Source: an uncultured Actinomycetes bacterium
GTDB taxonomy: Bacteria; Actinomycetota; Thermoleophilia; RBG-16-64-13
Length of the DNA: 64,000 nt
Direction of reading: 5' to 3'
Assembly (NCBI GenBank): GCA_963706025.1
Contig: CAVPLM010000005.1
Span: 1,088,001 to 1,152,000, forward strand
The stretch's first letter is position 1. Every line of letters begins with the position of its first letter. The notes below the pieces were generated by a model. The model saw only the letters and a list, made by a program, of their open reading frames with translations, did no database searches and had not been told where the DNA came from. This document shows, piece after piece, positions 19,305 to 27,537 of the stretch. The position numbers were made by a program, and so were the translations under genes.

Positions 19305-20160
19305 CTACTTCTTGTGCTGGGGCCGATCCCCCAGGAAGTCGGCAGCGATCTTGTCGAAATTGTGCCGAGTGGCCTGCAGCGCAACGGCGTACATCTCGGC
19401 CAGAACGTGGACGCGTTCATCGTCCTGCAGGGCGCGTTTCCACGGGCGCATCACGAGCTCATGGGTTAGGCGGCGGACGGCCCGGCCCTGACTTCATGAT
19501 GTGGTTGGCGATCTCGTAGGCGCGCGGGATGAGCTGGTCGTGCTCGACGATCTCGTTGATGAGACCCCAGTCCAGGGCGGTCTTGGCGTCGATCTTGGGC
19601 TCCATGTAGGCCATGTAGGCCGCCCGCTTCTGCCCGACACACACGCGGTAGGAGAAGTTCATGCCATCGCCGGGAACGATGTTGTGCGAGAAATGGGCAT
19701 CCGAGAAGTAGAAGTCGGGGACGCAGATGGCGATGTCCGCCATCAGGGCGAATTCGTAGTGCTGTCCGATCCCGTTGATGGCGGCGATGACGGGGACTTC
19801 GATGTCGTTGATGAAGTTCTCGACGAAGTTCATCGTGTCTGGAACGTTGCAGTTGTACTTGAGAGCAAGGTCGGTGGAGTCCTCGACTTCATCGAACGAG
19901 GCGGGGTCGCTCCTCTGGGTAATCCAGTAGGGGTCCGCGCAGGTCAGGATGATGATCTCGTTCTGCTTGTCGTGTCCGATGGCGGTCCACAGTTCGCCGT
20001 AAGCATTCTGGGTCTGGTAGCTCCAAACACAGGCCTCGCCTCTCCAGTGAAGACGACAGAGAAGAATGCCGTCCTCCGTGCGCTCCAGGTGGGCGAAATC
20101 CTTGAACCGTTCGCTGTATTCCTCTAACGTTTCCACGTGTACATAAGGCTGCATTGCCAC
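19305..20160 (-). CDS. Crotonase-fold protein of the 6-oxocamphor hydrolase (beta-diketone hydrolase) type (frameshift near 19485)
   Basis: IEVPVIAAING; DAHFSHNIVPGDG matches the His...IVPGDG pattern of 6-oxocamphor hydrolase; after a one-base correction the C-terminus reads RRLTHELVMRPWKR...QHKK* (stop 19305-19307). Confidence 0.8.
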
Positions 20161-20185
20161 GGTTGCTTCCTCCTCCTCTGGGTCT

Positions 20186-20425
20186 CTACATCTCGGCTAT
20201 CTTGTCGTCTTTGTATTCGATGTAATCGAAGTCATGCGCTGATTTGCTCAGGTTGAACGAGTACATCTCCGAGATCACCTGGGTGCGAAGGTACTTCTCG
20301 ACGTACTCACGCCAGGGTTTCACGCAAAGATGATGGGTCATGCGCCGGCAGGAGCGGGTCTTCTGCATGATGTTGCGAGCCAGTTCCCAGGACCTGTCCA
20401 TGATCTTGTCTCTCTCCACGATAAC
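20186..20425 (-). pseudogene. C-terminal remnant of a second crotonase paralog
   Basis: IVERDKIMDRSWELARNIMQKTRSCRRMTHHLCVKPWRE aligns with IVEHDQLIPRAYEIANHIMKSGRAVRRLTHELVMRPWKR of the next gene; the 5' ~200 codons are missing. Confidence 0.75.
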
Positions 20426-20448
20426 GGGTACGATGGATGATCCATTAA

Positions 20449-20510
20449 CTTCGTATCGGAGTTCGTGTACGAAGCCCAGCCAAGCTACCGCCTGGCGAGA
20501 CGAAAGTCAA
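20449..20510 (-). promoter_or_regulatory. Sigma70-type promoter plus operator copy 3
   Basis: Minus strand TTGACT (20510-20505)-N17-TAGCTT (20487-20482), then 7 nt, then CTTCGTATCGGAGTTCGTGTACGAAG (20449-20474); same geometry as copy 1. Confidence 0.75.
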
Positions 20511-20825
20511 CAGCCCTTGTCAGCTTTCTCCCGGGGAGAGCGGGCCGAACCCTTTCTTGTCCTCGCGAACCCATTGGAGATCAGCCATTGTTCCTCCCTC
20601 GGTTGATTCTACTCTGCTACCTGAAGTAGCCATCGTCTCGGCCCCATTGATCCCATCTCGAGGGACCATGGGTAGAGCCACCGGAGAGCCCGACGGCAGG
20701 CACTGTGTTCTCCGGCATTGAGTGCGCAGCCCTCACCGGCTTCGGGAAGAGTCGCACAGGCTTCTGTGCGGAACGGAGACACCGACGGTCAGGTCGCCGG
20801 GGTCTGTGTGGGTCCGGCCGCGGGG

Positions 20826-20883
20826 CTCGGCGGACCTCCGCTGAAGAGTCGCACCCGCGCAGCTGAAGCGGGGGTTCGCCGGG
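20826..20883. repeat. Stem-loop element copy A (conserved loop TCGCACCCGCGC)
   Basis: CTCGGCGGACCTCCGCT...AGCGGGGGTTCGCCGGG forms a 17-bp stem with three G-T pairs around GAAGAGTCGCACCCGCGCAGCTGA. Confidence 0.6.
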
Positions 20884-20893
20884 TATCGCGGCC

Positions 20894-21697
20894 CTACCCG
20901 AAGAGATCGCGGCGCCGGTGCCGCTGTACGGGCATGCGCTCCCGCACCGAGCGAAGGTAGTCCAGGTCCAGCTCCACGCTGATGGTGTCCACCCCTTCGC
21001 GACACTGAGCTACGACGATCCCCCAGGGGTCGACCACCAGGCTGTGCCCATAGTTCTGCCTACCGTGGGCATACCGGCCCCACTGCCCGCAGGCGGCCAC
21101 ATAGCAGCCGTTCTCGATGGCGCGAGCGCGGAGGAGAGGCTCCCAGTGACCGATCCCGGTGGGCACGGTGAAGGCGGCCGGCAGGAGCAGCAACTGGGTC
21201 CCACGGTCGGCCAGGGCGTGGAACAGCTCGGGAAAACGCAGGTCGTAACAGATGGCGAGCCCGATCGTCACCTCCTCGCAAGCAACAACGACCACCTCGT
21301 CCCCGGCAGTGATGTCAGCGGATTCCGAATAGACCAGGCCGTCAGGCGTTTGCACGTCGAAAAGGTGGATCTTGCTGTAGCGGGCTATCTCGGCCCCGGC
21401 ACGATCGAACACCACACTGGTGTTGTAGAGACTGTCGCCACGACGCTCGATGAGACTACCGCAGTGTAAGAAGATCCCGTGTTCCCGGGCTTGGCCTGAG
21501 GCCCACTCGGCGCTGGGTCCCGGGATCGTCTCAGCCGCAGCAGCGTTGGCGTCGTCCAAGCCGTGATAGTTGAACATCTCAGGCAGAAGGACCAGATCGA
21601 CTGCTTGCGCCGCGAGATGGTCGATGGCCTGCCCCGCCGCGGCCAGATTGGCGGACTTGTTCTGACGAGAGTTGAGTTGGGCCAGTCCGACCTTCAA
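20894..21697 (-). CDS. Carbon-nitrogen hydrolase (Nit/deaminated glutathione amidase-like)
   Basis: LLPEMF, YSKIHLFD, ICYDLRFPE, LLRARAIENGCY, YGHSLVVDPWG (E-K-C triad). Confidence 0.92.
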   Translation of the reverse strand: MKVGLAQLNSRQNKSANLAAAGQAIDHLAAQAVDLVLLPEMFNYHGLDDANAAAAETIPGPSAEWASGQAREHGIFLHCGSLIERRGDSLYNTSVVFDRAGAEIARYSKIHLFDVQTPDGLVYSESADITAGDEVVVVACEEVTIGLAICYDLRFPELFHALADRGTQLLLLPAAFTVPTGIGHWEPLLRARAIENGCYVAACGQWGRYAHGRQNYGHSLVVDPWGIVVAQCREGVDTISVELDLDYLRSVRERMPVQRHRRRDLFG

Positions 21698-21723
21698 CCG
21701 CCCCTCTTTTCCTATGGAGAGAG

Positions 21724-21785
21724 CCCCTTACCCGGTCTCCGCGAAGACTCGCACCCGCGCTGCTTCGCGGAGACCGGGTAAGGGG
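21724..21785. repeat. Stem-loop element copy B (perfect 23-bp inverted repeat; possibly terminator or REP-like)
   Basis: CCCCTTACCCGGTCTCCGCGAAG-ACTCGCACCCGCGCTG-CTTCGCGGAGACCGGGTAAGGGG. Confidence 0.75.
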
Positions 21786-21793
21786 TCACCCCA

Positions 21794-22513
21794 CTATTCG
21801 GTCTCGATGTACTCCAGAGCCATATGCCGGAGTAGCTCCGCGTTCTGGCTGCAGCGGTCGGCGATCGACTCCAGGCGCTCGATGATGGACTTGAGTTGGT
21901 GGAAGGTCTTGAAATCGGTGTCCATGTCGAACATGGAGCGGTAGATACCGGCGAAGATATCGTCAGCCTGGCTCTCTTTCTCGTCCACTATCCCGGCCAG
22001 TCTGATCGCCTCCCGCATGTCGCCGCCCATGGCGACGACCGCGTCCCTCAGGCCTTGCACCGCCTCGACATCCATCTGGGCCATGGTGACCAGTTGCTCG
22101 TTCATCAGGGGAGGGAGCGAGAATCTGCGCATGACGATGCGATCGGCTGCACCGGCGGCCAGGTTGGCGATGCTATCCATGGAGCCCACTAGGCGGGCGA
22201 GGTCGGCCCTGTGCAGGGGGAATACCGTTCCCAGCGACAACTGGTCGAGGATCGCTTCCTTGCTATCGTCCGCCTGACTCTCGAGTTCGTCGAGCTCGCG
22301 GGCCGACTCTTCGAGCTCGTCGTAGCGGTCGGCTGCGAACCGCTCGACAACATCGCGCAACTTGACCACGATGACGACGACCTGGTCGGCGAAATCGGCA
22401 AGATGCACGATCACCTGCTCTTCACGTTCTTTGCCCATCGCGTCGATCGCACCTTCGAGGGTCGTCTCGCCCCCGAGCGTGCGCCGTATCTTCTTGAGTC
22501 GCGAATGAGCCAT
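21794..22513 (-). CDS. DUF47 / PhoU-like PiT accessory protein
   Basis: Two helical repeats (ELESQADD...; EKESQADD...LESIADRC); adjacent to a PiT gene. Confidence 0.85.
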   Translation of the reverse strand: MAHSRLKKIRRTLGGETTLEGAIDAMGKEREEQVIVHLADFADQVVVIVVKLRDVVERFAADRYDELEESARELDELESQADDSKEAILDQLSLGTVFPLHRADLARLVGSMDSIANLAAGAADRIVMRRFSLPPLMNEQLVTMAQMDVEAVQGLRDAVVAMGGDMREAIRLAGIVDEKESQADDIFAGIYRSMFDMDTDFKTFHQLKSIIERLESIADRCSQNAELLRHMALEYIETE

Positions 22514-22555
22514 GGATGCCTTTCCTCTTGCCCTATCTCCTGGGCGCTGAGCCCA

Positions 22556-23599
22556 TCACATCACCAAGTTGAGAAGGTAGTAGATCGCCGCGGCAGTAGC
22601 CGCGCAGAACGGCAACGTGACCACCCAGGCCAGCATGATAGCACGGAAGACTTTCCAGCTTACGGCTCCCAAGTGGCTGGCAAGACCGGTTCCGGTCACG
22701 GCCGACGTCACCACGTGCGTCGTCGACACGGGCAGACCGAACACGGACGCGAGCTGGATGATCAAGGCTCCCCCGGCCTCGGCGCTGAACCCGTTGATGG
22801 GATGCAGCTTGGTTATCTTCTCGCCCAGGGTCCGGATGAGCCGGAACGACTTCACCGAAAGAAACGTGCCGATCGCCATGGCCGCCGCGCACGCGATAAT
22901 CACCCAGATCGGGAAGCCGTTCTGATCGACGTAGTCGGTGACGCCGAGCCCTTCCTGGGCGGCCAAGAAGATGACGATGATCCCCATGACCTTGGTGGCG
23001 TCGTTCGCGCCGTGACTGAACGACACCCAGCTCGAAGACAGTATCTGCATGTGCTTGTAGAAGCGGTCGGCTCTCGCCATGTCCATGCGCATCTTCGCGA
23101 AGAACAACCGGCTGAGACGCATGAGCACAAAGCCGGTCACGATCCCCAAGAACGGTGAGATCAGCAGGGAGGCGAACACCAGTCCGAGCTTCTGCCAGTT
23201 GATGCCTCCAGTACCCAGAGCGGCCAGACCGGCGCCCAGCAAACCCCCCACCAAGGCATGGGAAGAACTCACCGGCAGTGCCCAGAGCCACGTGAGGACC
23301 TCCCACACACAGGCCCCCAGCAAGGCGGCTATGACCAGATGAGCCGTGGCATCCTCGGCGTTGATGATGCCGCCGATGGTCTTGGCCACGGCCACCCCCA
23401 CGATCAGGGGGCCGATGAAGTTGAACAGAGCCGAGAGGCCGATGGCGAAGCGGGGCTTGAGGGCCTTTGTGTAGATGACGGTGGAGACGGCATTGCAGCC
23501 GTCGTGAAAACCATTCAGAAGATCGAAGATGAGTGCCACAGCCACCACCGCGATGAGCTGTATGGTGCCGGCGCTCAAAGCCCCGGGGCCTCCCTCCAT
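22556..23599 (-). CDS. pit: Inorganic phosphate transporter (PiT family)
   Basis: NGFHDGCNAV, LPVSSSHALVGG, SHGANDA, GLPVSTTH signatures. Confidence 0.92.
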   Translation of the reverse strand: MEGGPGALSAGTIQLIAVVAVALIFDLLNGFHDGCNAVSTVIYTKALKPRFAIGLSALFNFIGPLIVGVAVAKTIGGIINAEDATAHLVIAALLGACVWEVLTWLWALPVSSSHALVGGLLGAGLAALGTGGINWQKLGLVFASLLISPFLGIVTGFVLMRLSRLFFAKMRMDMARADRFYKHMQILSSSWVSFSHGANDATKVMGIIVIFLAAQEGLGVTDYVDQNGFPIWVIIACAAAMAIGTFLSVKSFRLIRTLGEKITKLHPINGFSAEAGGALIIQLASVFGLPVSTTHVVTSAVTGTGLASHLGAVSWKVFRAIMLAWVVTLPFCAATAAAIYYLLNLVM

Positions 23600-23770
23600 G
23601 GAAAGAGCCGACGAGCACCATGCTCTGCCGGCTCTGTCATGACTACTGGACTCAGGTTCATCGCGTCCAATAGTAAACGAACTTCGGTAGGGTCACAATA
23701 AGCCTAGGACCATAGGCGACCCCTGCCGGCCCGCGGCCCGGCGCTAAGCGGGGTTACTTGCCTCCCCTAT

Positions 23771-24190
23771 CTATTCCTTCGGCACCAGCGCGCGAAGTTC
23801 TGCAGCCTGAGTCAGGAAGGCCTGGACGGGGGGCAAAATGATCGTCGCAGCCTCTAATATCGTCGCATCCTTGGGAATCGAATCGACGGCCGCGTCCACG
23901 TCGGCCCATGCTTGCTCGGCCGCGGAGGTGGTCTCCTCGTCGACCTTCTTACCGGCCTCGACCACCGCTGCCCAGTCCTCCTTCACCGCATCACGCGCGG
24001 CTACGATGTCGTCCACCGTCGAGTCGGCTCCCATCGTTTGGAACCCGGCGATGGAAGTCTCCAACTGGTCCAATGCCGCGCTCAGTTCTGCCTTCGCGTC
24101 CTCTTCGGAGCCGCCGCAACCCACGATCACGATCATGCTCACCGCCAGGATGACGGCCAACCCCAGGAGCAGTCCACTTCTCAGTCTCAC
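23771..24190 (-). CDS. Hypothetical helical lipoprotein
   Basis: Signal peptide ending IVGC; AGGAGG RBS upstream. Confidence 0.7.
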   Translation of the reverse strand: MRLRSGLLLGLAVILAVSMIVIVGCGGSEEDAKAELSAALDQLETSIAGFQTMGADSTVDDIVAARDAVKEDWAAVVEAGKKVDEETTSAAEQAWADVDAAVDSIPKDATILEAATIILPPVQAFLTQAAELRALVPKE

Positions 24191-24499
24191 TCTTCCTCCT
24201 TCGATCGTTTCCGTTCAGGCCGGCAAACACGGCCACTTGCAGTCTCTAGGCAAACTGTAGGGCACCGCCCGGCTGATATCAACTCGCATAGGTTGTACCT
24301 GGCGGCCAGCCACCTGAAACGATGTCACCGTCTTGCTATGCGAAAAGTACCGATCTTCCTCGACCTCGCCCGCAGTAGATCCGCTCTCCTCCCGATCACG
24401 GACCCGGCCTCGGCTCCGCCGGGGGGAAGCGGAGCACGAGACTGGAGCCCGCCGTCTGCCCTTACGCCGGGAGCCGGGACTCCGGGCGCCGTGGTTCTC

Positions 24500-26017
24500 T
24501 TACCGGTTAACCGTACCCTCCCAGGTACCGACCTTCTTTTCCTTCTTCTCGGCCTCGGTGAACCAGCGCGACGTGACGCACTTGGTCTCGGTGAAAAAGC
24601 GGATGCCGTCCAGGCCGAACACGTGGCTCTCGCCGAAGAACGAGTCCTTGTGACCCGCGAAGGGGAAGAAGCTGACCGGAACCGGAATGCCGACATTGAT
24701 GCCGACCATGCCGGCGTGCGTGCGGCGGGCGAACTCGCGGGCGTAGTAGCCGCTTTCGGTGAAGACACAGGAACCGTTGGCGAAGCGGCTCTCGTTCATG
24801 AGGGTGATGCCCTCTTCGAAGTCCCGGACGCGCTTGACGGCGAGGACGGGGCCGAAGATCTCGTCGCGGCCGACAGTCATGTCCTCGGTCACGTTGTCGA
24901 AAATCGTAGGGCCGACGAAGAAGCCCTTCTCGAAGCCCGGCACGACCAGATCGCGCCCGTCGAGGACGAGATCGGCGCCTTCTTCGACGCCCTTGTCGAT
25001 CCAGCTCTTGACGAAGGCCTGGTGCTCGGCGCTGACGACCGGCCCAAGCTCGGTCTTCGGGTCGTAGGAGCAACCGACGACGCGCTGCTGGGCGAACTTG
25101 TTCATGTAGCCGATGAACTCGTCGGCGACACTCTCCTCGACGACGCAGACCGGCAGGGCCATACAGCGCATGCCGGCGCAACCGAAAGTCGAGTTGATGA
25201 TGCCGGCGGCGGCACGCTCGAGCGACGCGTCGGCGAGCACGAGGCCGTGGTTCTTGGCTTCGGTCTGGGCCTGGACGCGCTTGCCGTGGGCGGCAGCGAC
25301 CGAATAGACGTGCTTGCCCACACTGGTCGAGCCCACGAAGCTCACGCCGCGCACCAGCGGGTGGGTCATCAGGATCTCGGCCTCGTTGCGCGAGCAGGTA
25401 ACGACGTTGACGACACCCTTGGGCAGCCCGGCTTCCTGGAGCAGCTCGAGCAGGCGGACGCTGGAAGTCGGCACCAGGCTGGCGGCCTTGAGCACGAACG
25501 TGTTGCCGGTCACGATGCATAGAGGAATCATCCAGCCCCAGGGAATCATGGCGGGGAAGTTGAAGGGGGCGATGCCCGCGAACACGCCCAACGGCTCGCG
25601 ATAGCTCACCGTGTCGTGGCCGGCGGACACGTTCATGAGCGACTCGCCCTTGGCGATCATGGGGGCGGCCACCCCGACCTCGCACCCTTCGATGATCTTG
25701 ATGATCTCGCCGCGGGCTTCCTCAAGGTTCTTGCCCACCTCACGCGAACAGATATAGGCGAGCTCCTCCATGTTGTCCTCAAGGAGGGCCTTCCACTTGA
25801 ACAGGACCTGGGTGCGCTTCTGGAGCGGCAGTCCAGACCAACTCTCGTAGGCCGTGTGAGCGGCCAGGATCGCGGCCTCGACCTCGCCGGCGGTGCAGCA
25901 CGGAGCCTGCGCGAAGACCTCGCCGGTGCTCGAGTCGGTCACGTCCATGTACTTGTCGGTGATCGACTCGCACCACTCACCGTCGACACAGTAGTTCAGG
26001 GTCTTTGTCTCTGTCAC
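24500..26017 (-). CDS. mmsA: CoA-acylating (methyl)malonate-semialdehyde dehydrogenase
   Basis: PFNFPAMIP, SFVGST, EAKNH, GCAGMRCMAL, EIFGPV, GMVGINVGIPVP. Confidence 0.92.
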   Translation of the reverse strand: MTETKTLNYCVDGEWCESITDKYMDVTDSSTGEVFAQAPCCTAGEVEAAILAAHTAYESWSGLPLQKRTQVLFKWKALLEDNMEELAYICSREVGKNLEEARGEIIKIIEGCEVGVAAPMIAKGESLMNVSAGHDTVSYREPLGVFAGIAPFNFPAMIPWGWMIPLCIVTGNTFVLKAASLVPTSSVRLLELLQEAGLPKGVVNVVTCSRNEAEILMTHPLVRGVSFVGSTSVGKHVYSVAAAHGKRVQAQTEAKNHGLVLADASLERAAAGIINSTFGCAGMRCMALPVCVVEESVADEFIGYMNKFAQQRVVGCSYDPKTELGPVVSAEHQAFVKSWIDKGVEEGADLVLDGRDLVVPGFEKGFFVGPTIFDNVTEDMTVGRDEIFGPVLAVKRVRDFEEGITLMNESRFANGSCVFTESGYYAREFARRTHAGMVGINVGIPVPVSFFPFAGHKDSFFGESHVFGLDGIRFFTETKCVTSRWFTEAEKKEKKVGTWEGTVNR

Positions 26018-26085
26018 GTCTATCTACCTTGCCCTTTCTATCGGTTGCTCGAAACGATAGTCACCTGGTTTGTGCCCTCTCCCGC

Positions 26086-27405
26086 CTAGGCCAGCATCTG
26101 GTCCACTTGAGCCAGAGCTTCCTCGATGATGTCCAGACCAAACTTGAGTTCCTCGCGATTGATGATCAAAGGCGGCACCACGAAGAACACGTTGAAACGA
26201 CCGTACGTATAGAGATGCTTCGACTTGAGATACCCGTTCAGTTTGGCCATCTCCGGAGAGGTGCCGTTGTAGGGCGCCAGCGGCTCCTTGGTAGCCTTGT
26301 CTCTCACCAGCTCCACCATGCTGAAAAGTCCCTTGTAGCGCACGTCGCCCACGCAGGCATACCGGGCCTTCATCGCTTCCAGCCGTTCGGCCAGATAGGC
26401 GCCCTGCCGCTCCACGTTCTCAAAGACCTTCTCCTCCTCGTAGGCGGCGAGGTTCGCCACGGCCGCGGCGCACGAGACTGGGTGCCCGGAATAGGTTAGG
26501 CCGCACGCGAGCATCCTGTCCTCGAAGAACGCCCCGATCTCCTCGGAGACGATCACCGCCCCCAGAGGCATATAGCCGCTGGTGAGTCCCTTTGCCGCGG
26601 TCACGATGTCGGGAACGATGCCGTAGTGCTGAGTGGCCAGCCACTTGCCGGTGCGCCCGAACCCGGACATGACCTCATCGTCGATGAGCAAGATCCCGTA
26701 TTTGTCGAGGAGAGCGCGCAGCTTGGGATAGTAGTCGTCGGGCGGCACCAGGAGACCGTTGGTGCCGGTGATGCCCTCCACTAGCATGGCCGCGATGGTA
26801 TGCGGCCCCTCCATCTCGATGACCTCTTCGACGTGGCTCACGCACTCGCGTTTGCAGGAGTCGACCGTGTGGCCGAACGGGCAGCGGTAGCAGTAGGGAT
26901 CGAAGACCCGGACGATGCCGGGTACGCCCGGTTCCACGGGCCACCGGCGCAGGTCACCCGAGGCCGTCATGGCCCCCATGGTGGCACCGTGATACGAACG
27001 GTACCGGGTTATGATCTTGTTCTTGCCCGTATACATGCGTGCCATCTTCATGGCGTTCTCGTTGGCCTCTGCCCCACCCAAGCAATAGAACGACTTGGCC
27101 AGACCGGTGACCTCGGCCAGCTTCTTGCCGAGCTGGGCCCGGGGCTCGGTGGCGAAACTGGGACCGGCGAAACAGAGCTCGTCCACCTGCTTCTTGATAG
27201 CCGCGAGCATCTTGGGGTGTTGGTGCCCGATGTTGAGATTGACCAGTTGGGAGTTGAAGTCCAGCCATTTGTTGCCGTCGCCGTCCCAGAACCAGACCCC
27301 CTCGGCCTTGGTCATATGGATGGGATCGGTGGCGCTCTGGACCGACCACGAAAACAAGGTGTAGTCACGGTTGTCTTGGATCACTTGTGCGGAAGTGCGG
27401 CCCAT
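26086..27405 (-). CDS. Class III aminotransferase (beta-alanine/omega-amino acid type)
   Basis: GGAEANENA, SYHGAT, DEVMSGFGRTG, AKGLTSGY, GLTYSGHP. Confidence 0.9.
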   Translation of the reverse strand: MGRTSAQVIQDNRDYTLFSWSVQSATDPIHMTKAEGVWFWDGDGNKWLDFNSQLVNLNIGHQHPKMLAAIKKQVDELCFAGPSFATEPRAQLGKKLAEVTGLAKSFYCLGGAEANENAMKMARMYTGKNKIITRYRSYHGATMGAMTASGDLRRWPVEPGVPGIVRVFDPYCYRCPFGHTVDSCKRECVSHVEEVIEMEGPHTIAAMLVEGITGTNGLLVPPDDYYPKLRALLDKYGILLIDDEVMSGFGRTGKWLATQHYGIVPDIVTAAKGLTSGYMPLGAVIVSEEIGAFFEDRMLACGLTYSGHPVSCAAAVANLAAYEEEKVFENVERQGAYLAERLEAMKARYACVGDVRYKGLFSMVELVRDKATKEPLAPYNGTSPEMAKLNGYLKSKHLYTYGRFNVFFVVPPLIINREELKFGLDIIEEALAQVDQMLA

Positions 27406-27537
27406 ATGTCCTCCCTGATACTCGATGCTACATGGTACCCATGTCTGCAGGCGCGATTCAACGGACAGAGTGTCAAAATCCTTTGGAAATAGGCAATGAT
27501 CCTCGTGCGGGCAGCCCTTGGTCGGCGCAGGCCTGGG

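Noticed and set aside
20680-20800. Two similar segments (CGGAGAGCCCGACGGCAGG / CGGAGACACCGACGGTCAGG) suggesting tandem glycine-riboswitch aptamers
   Set aside because: The CCGAAG and CTCTCAGG core elements are missing and there is no downstream gene on that strand.
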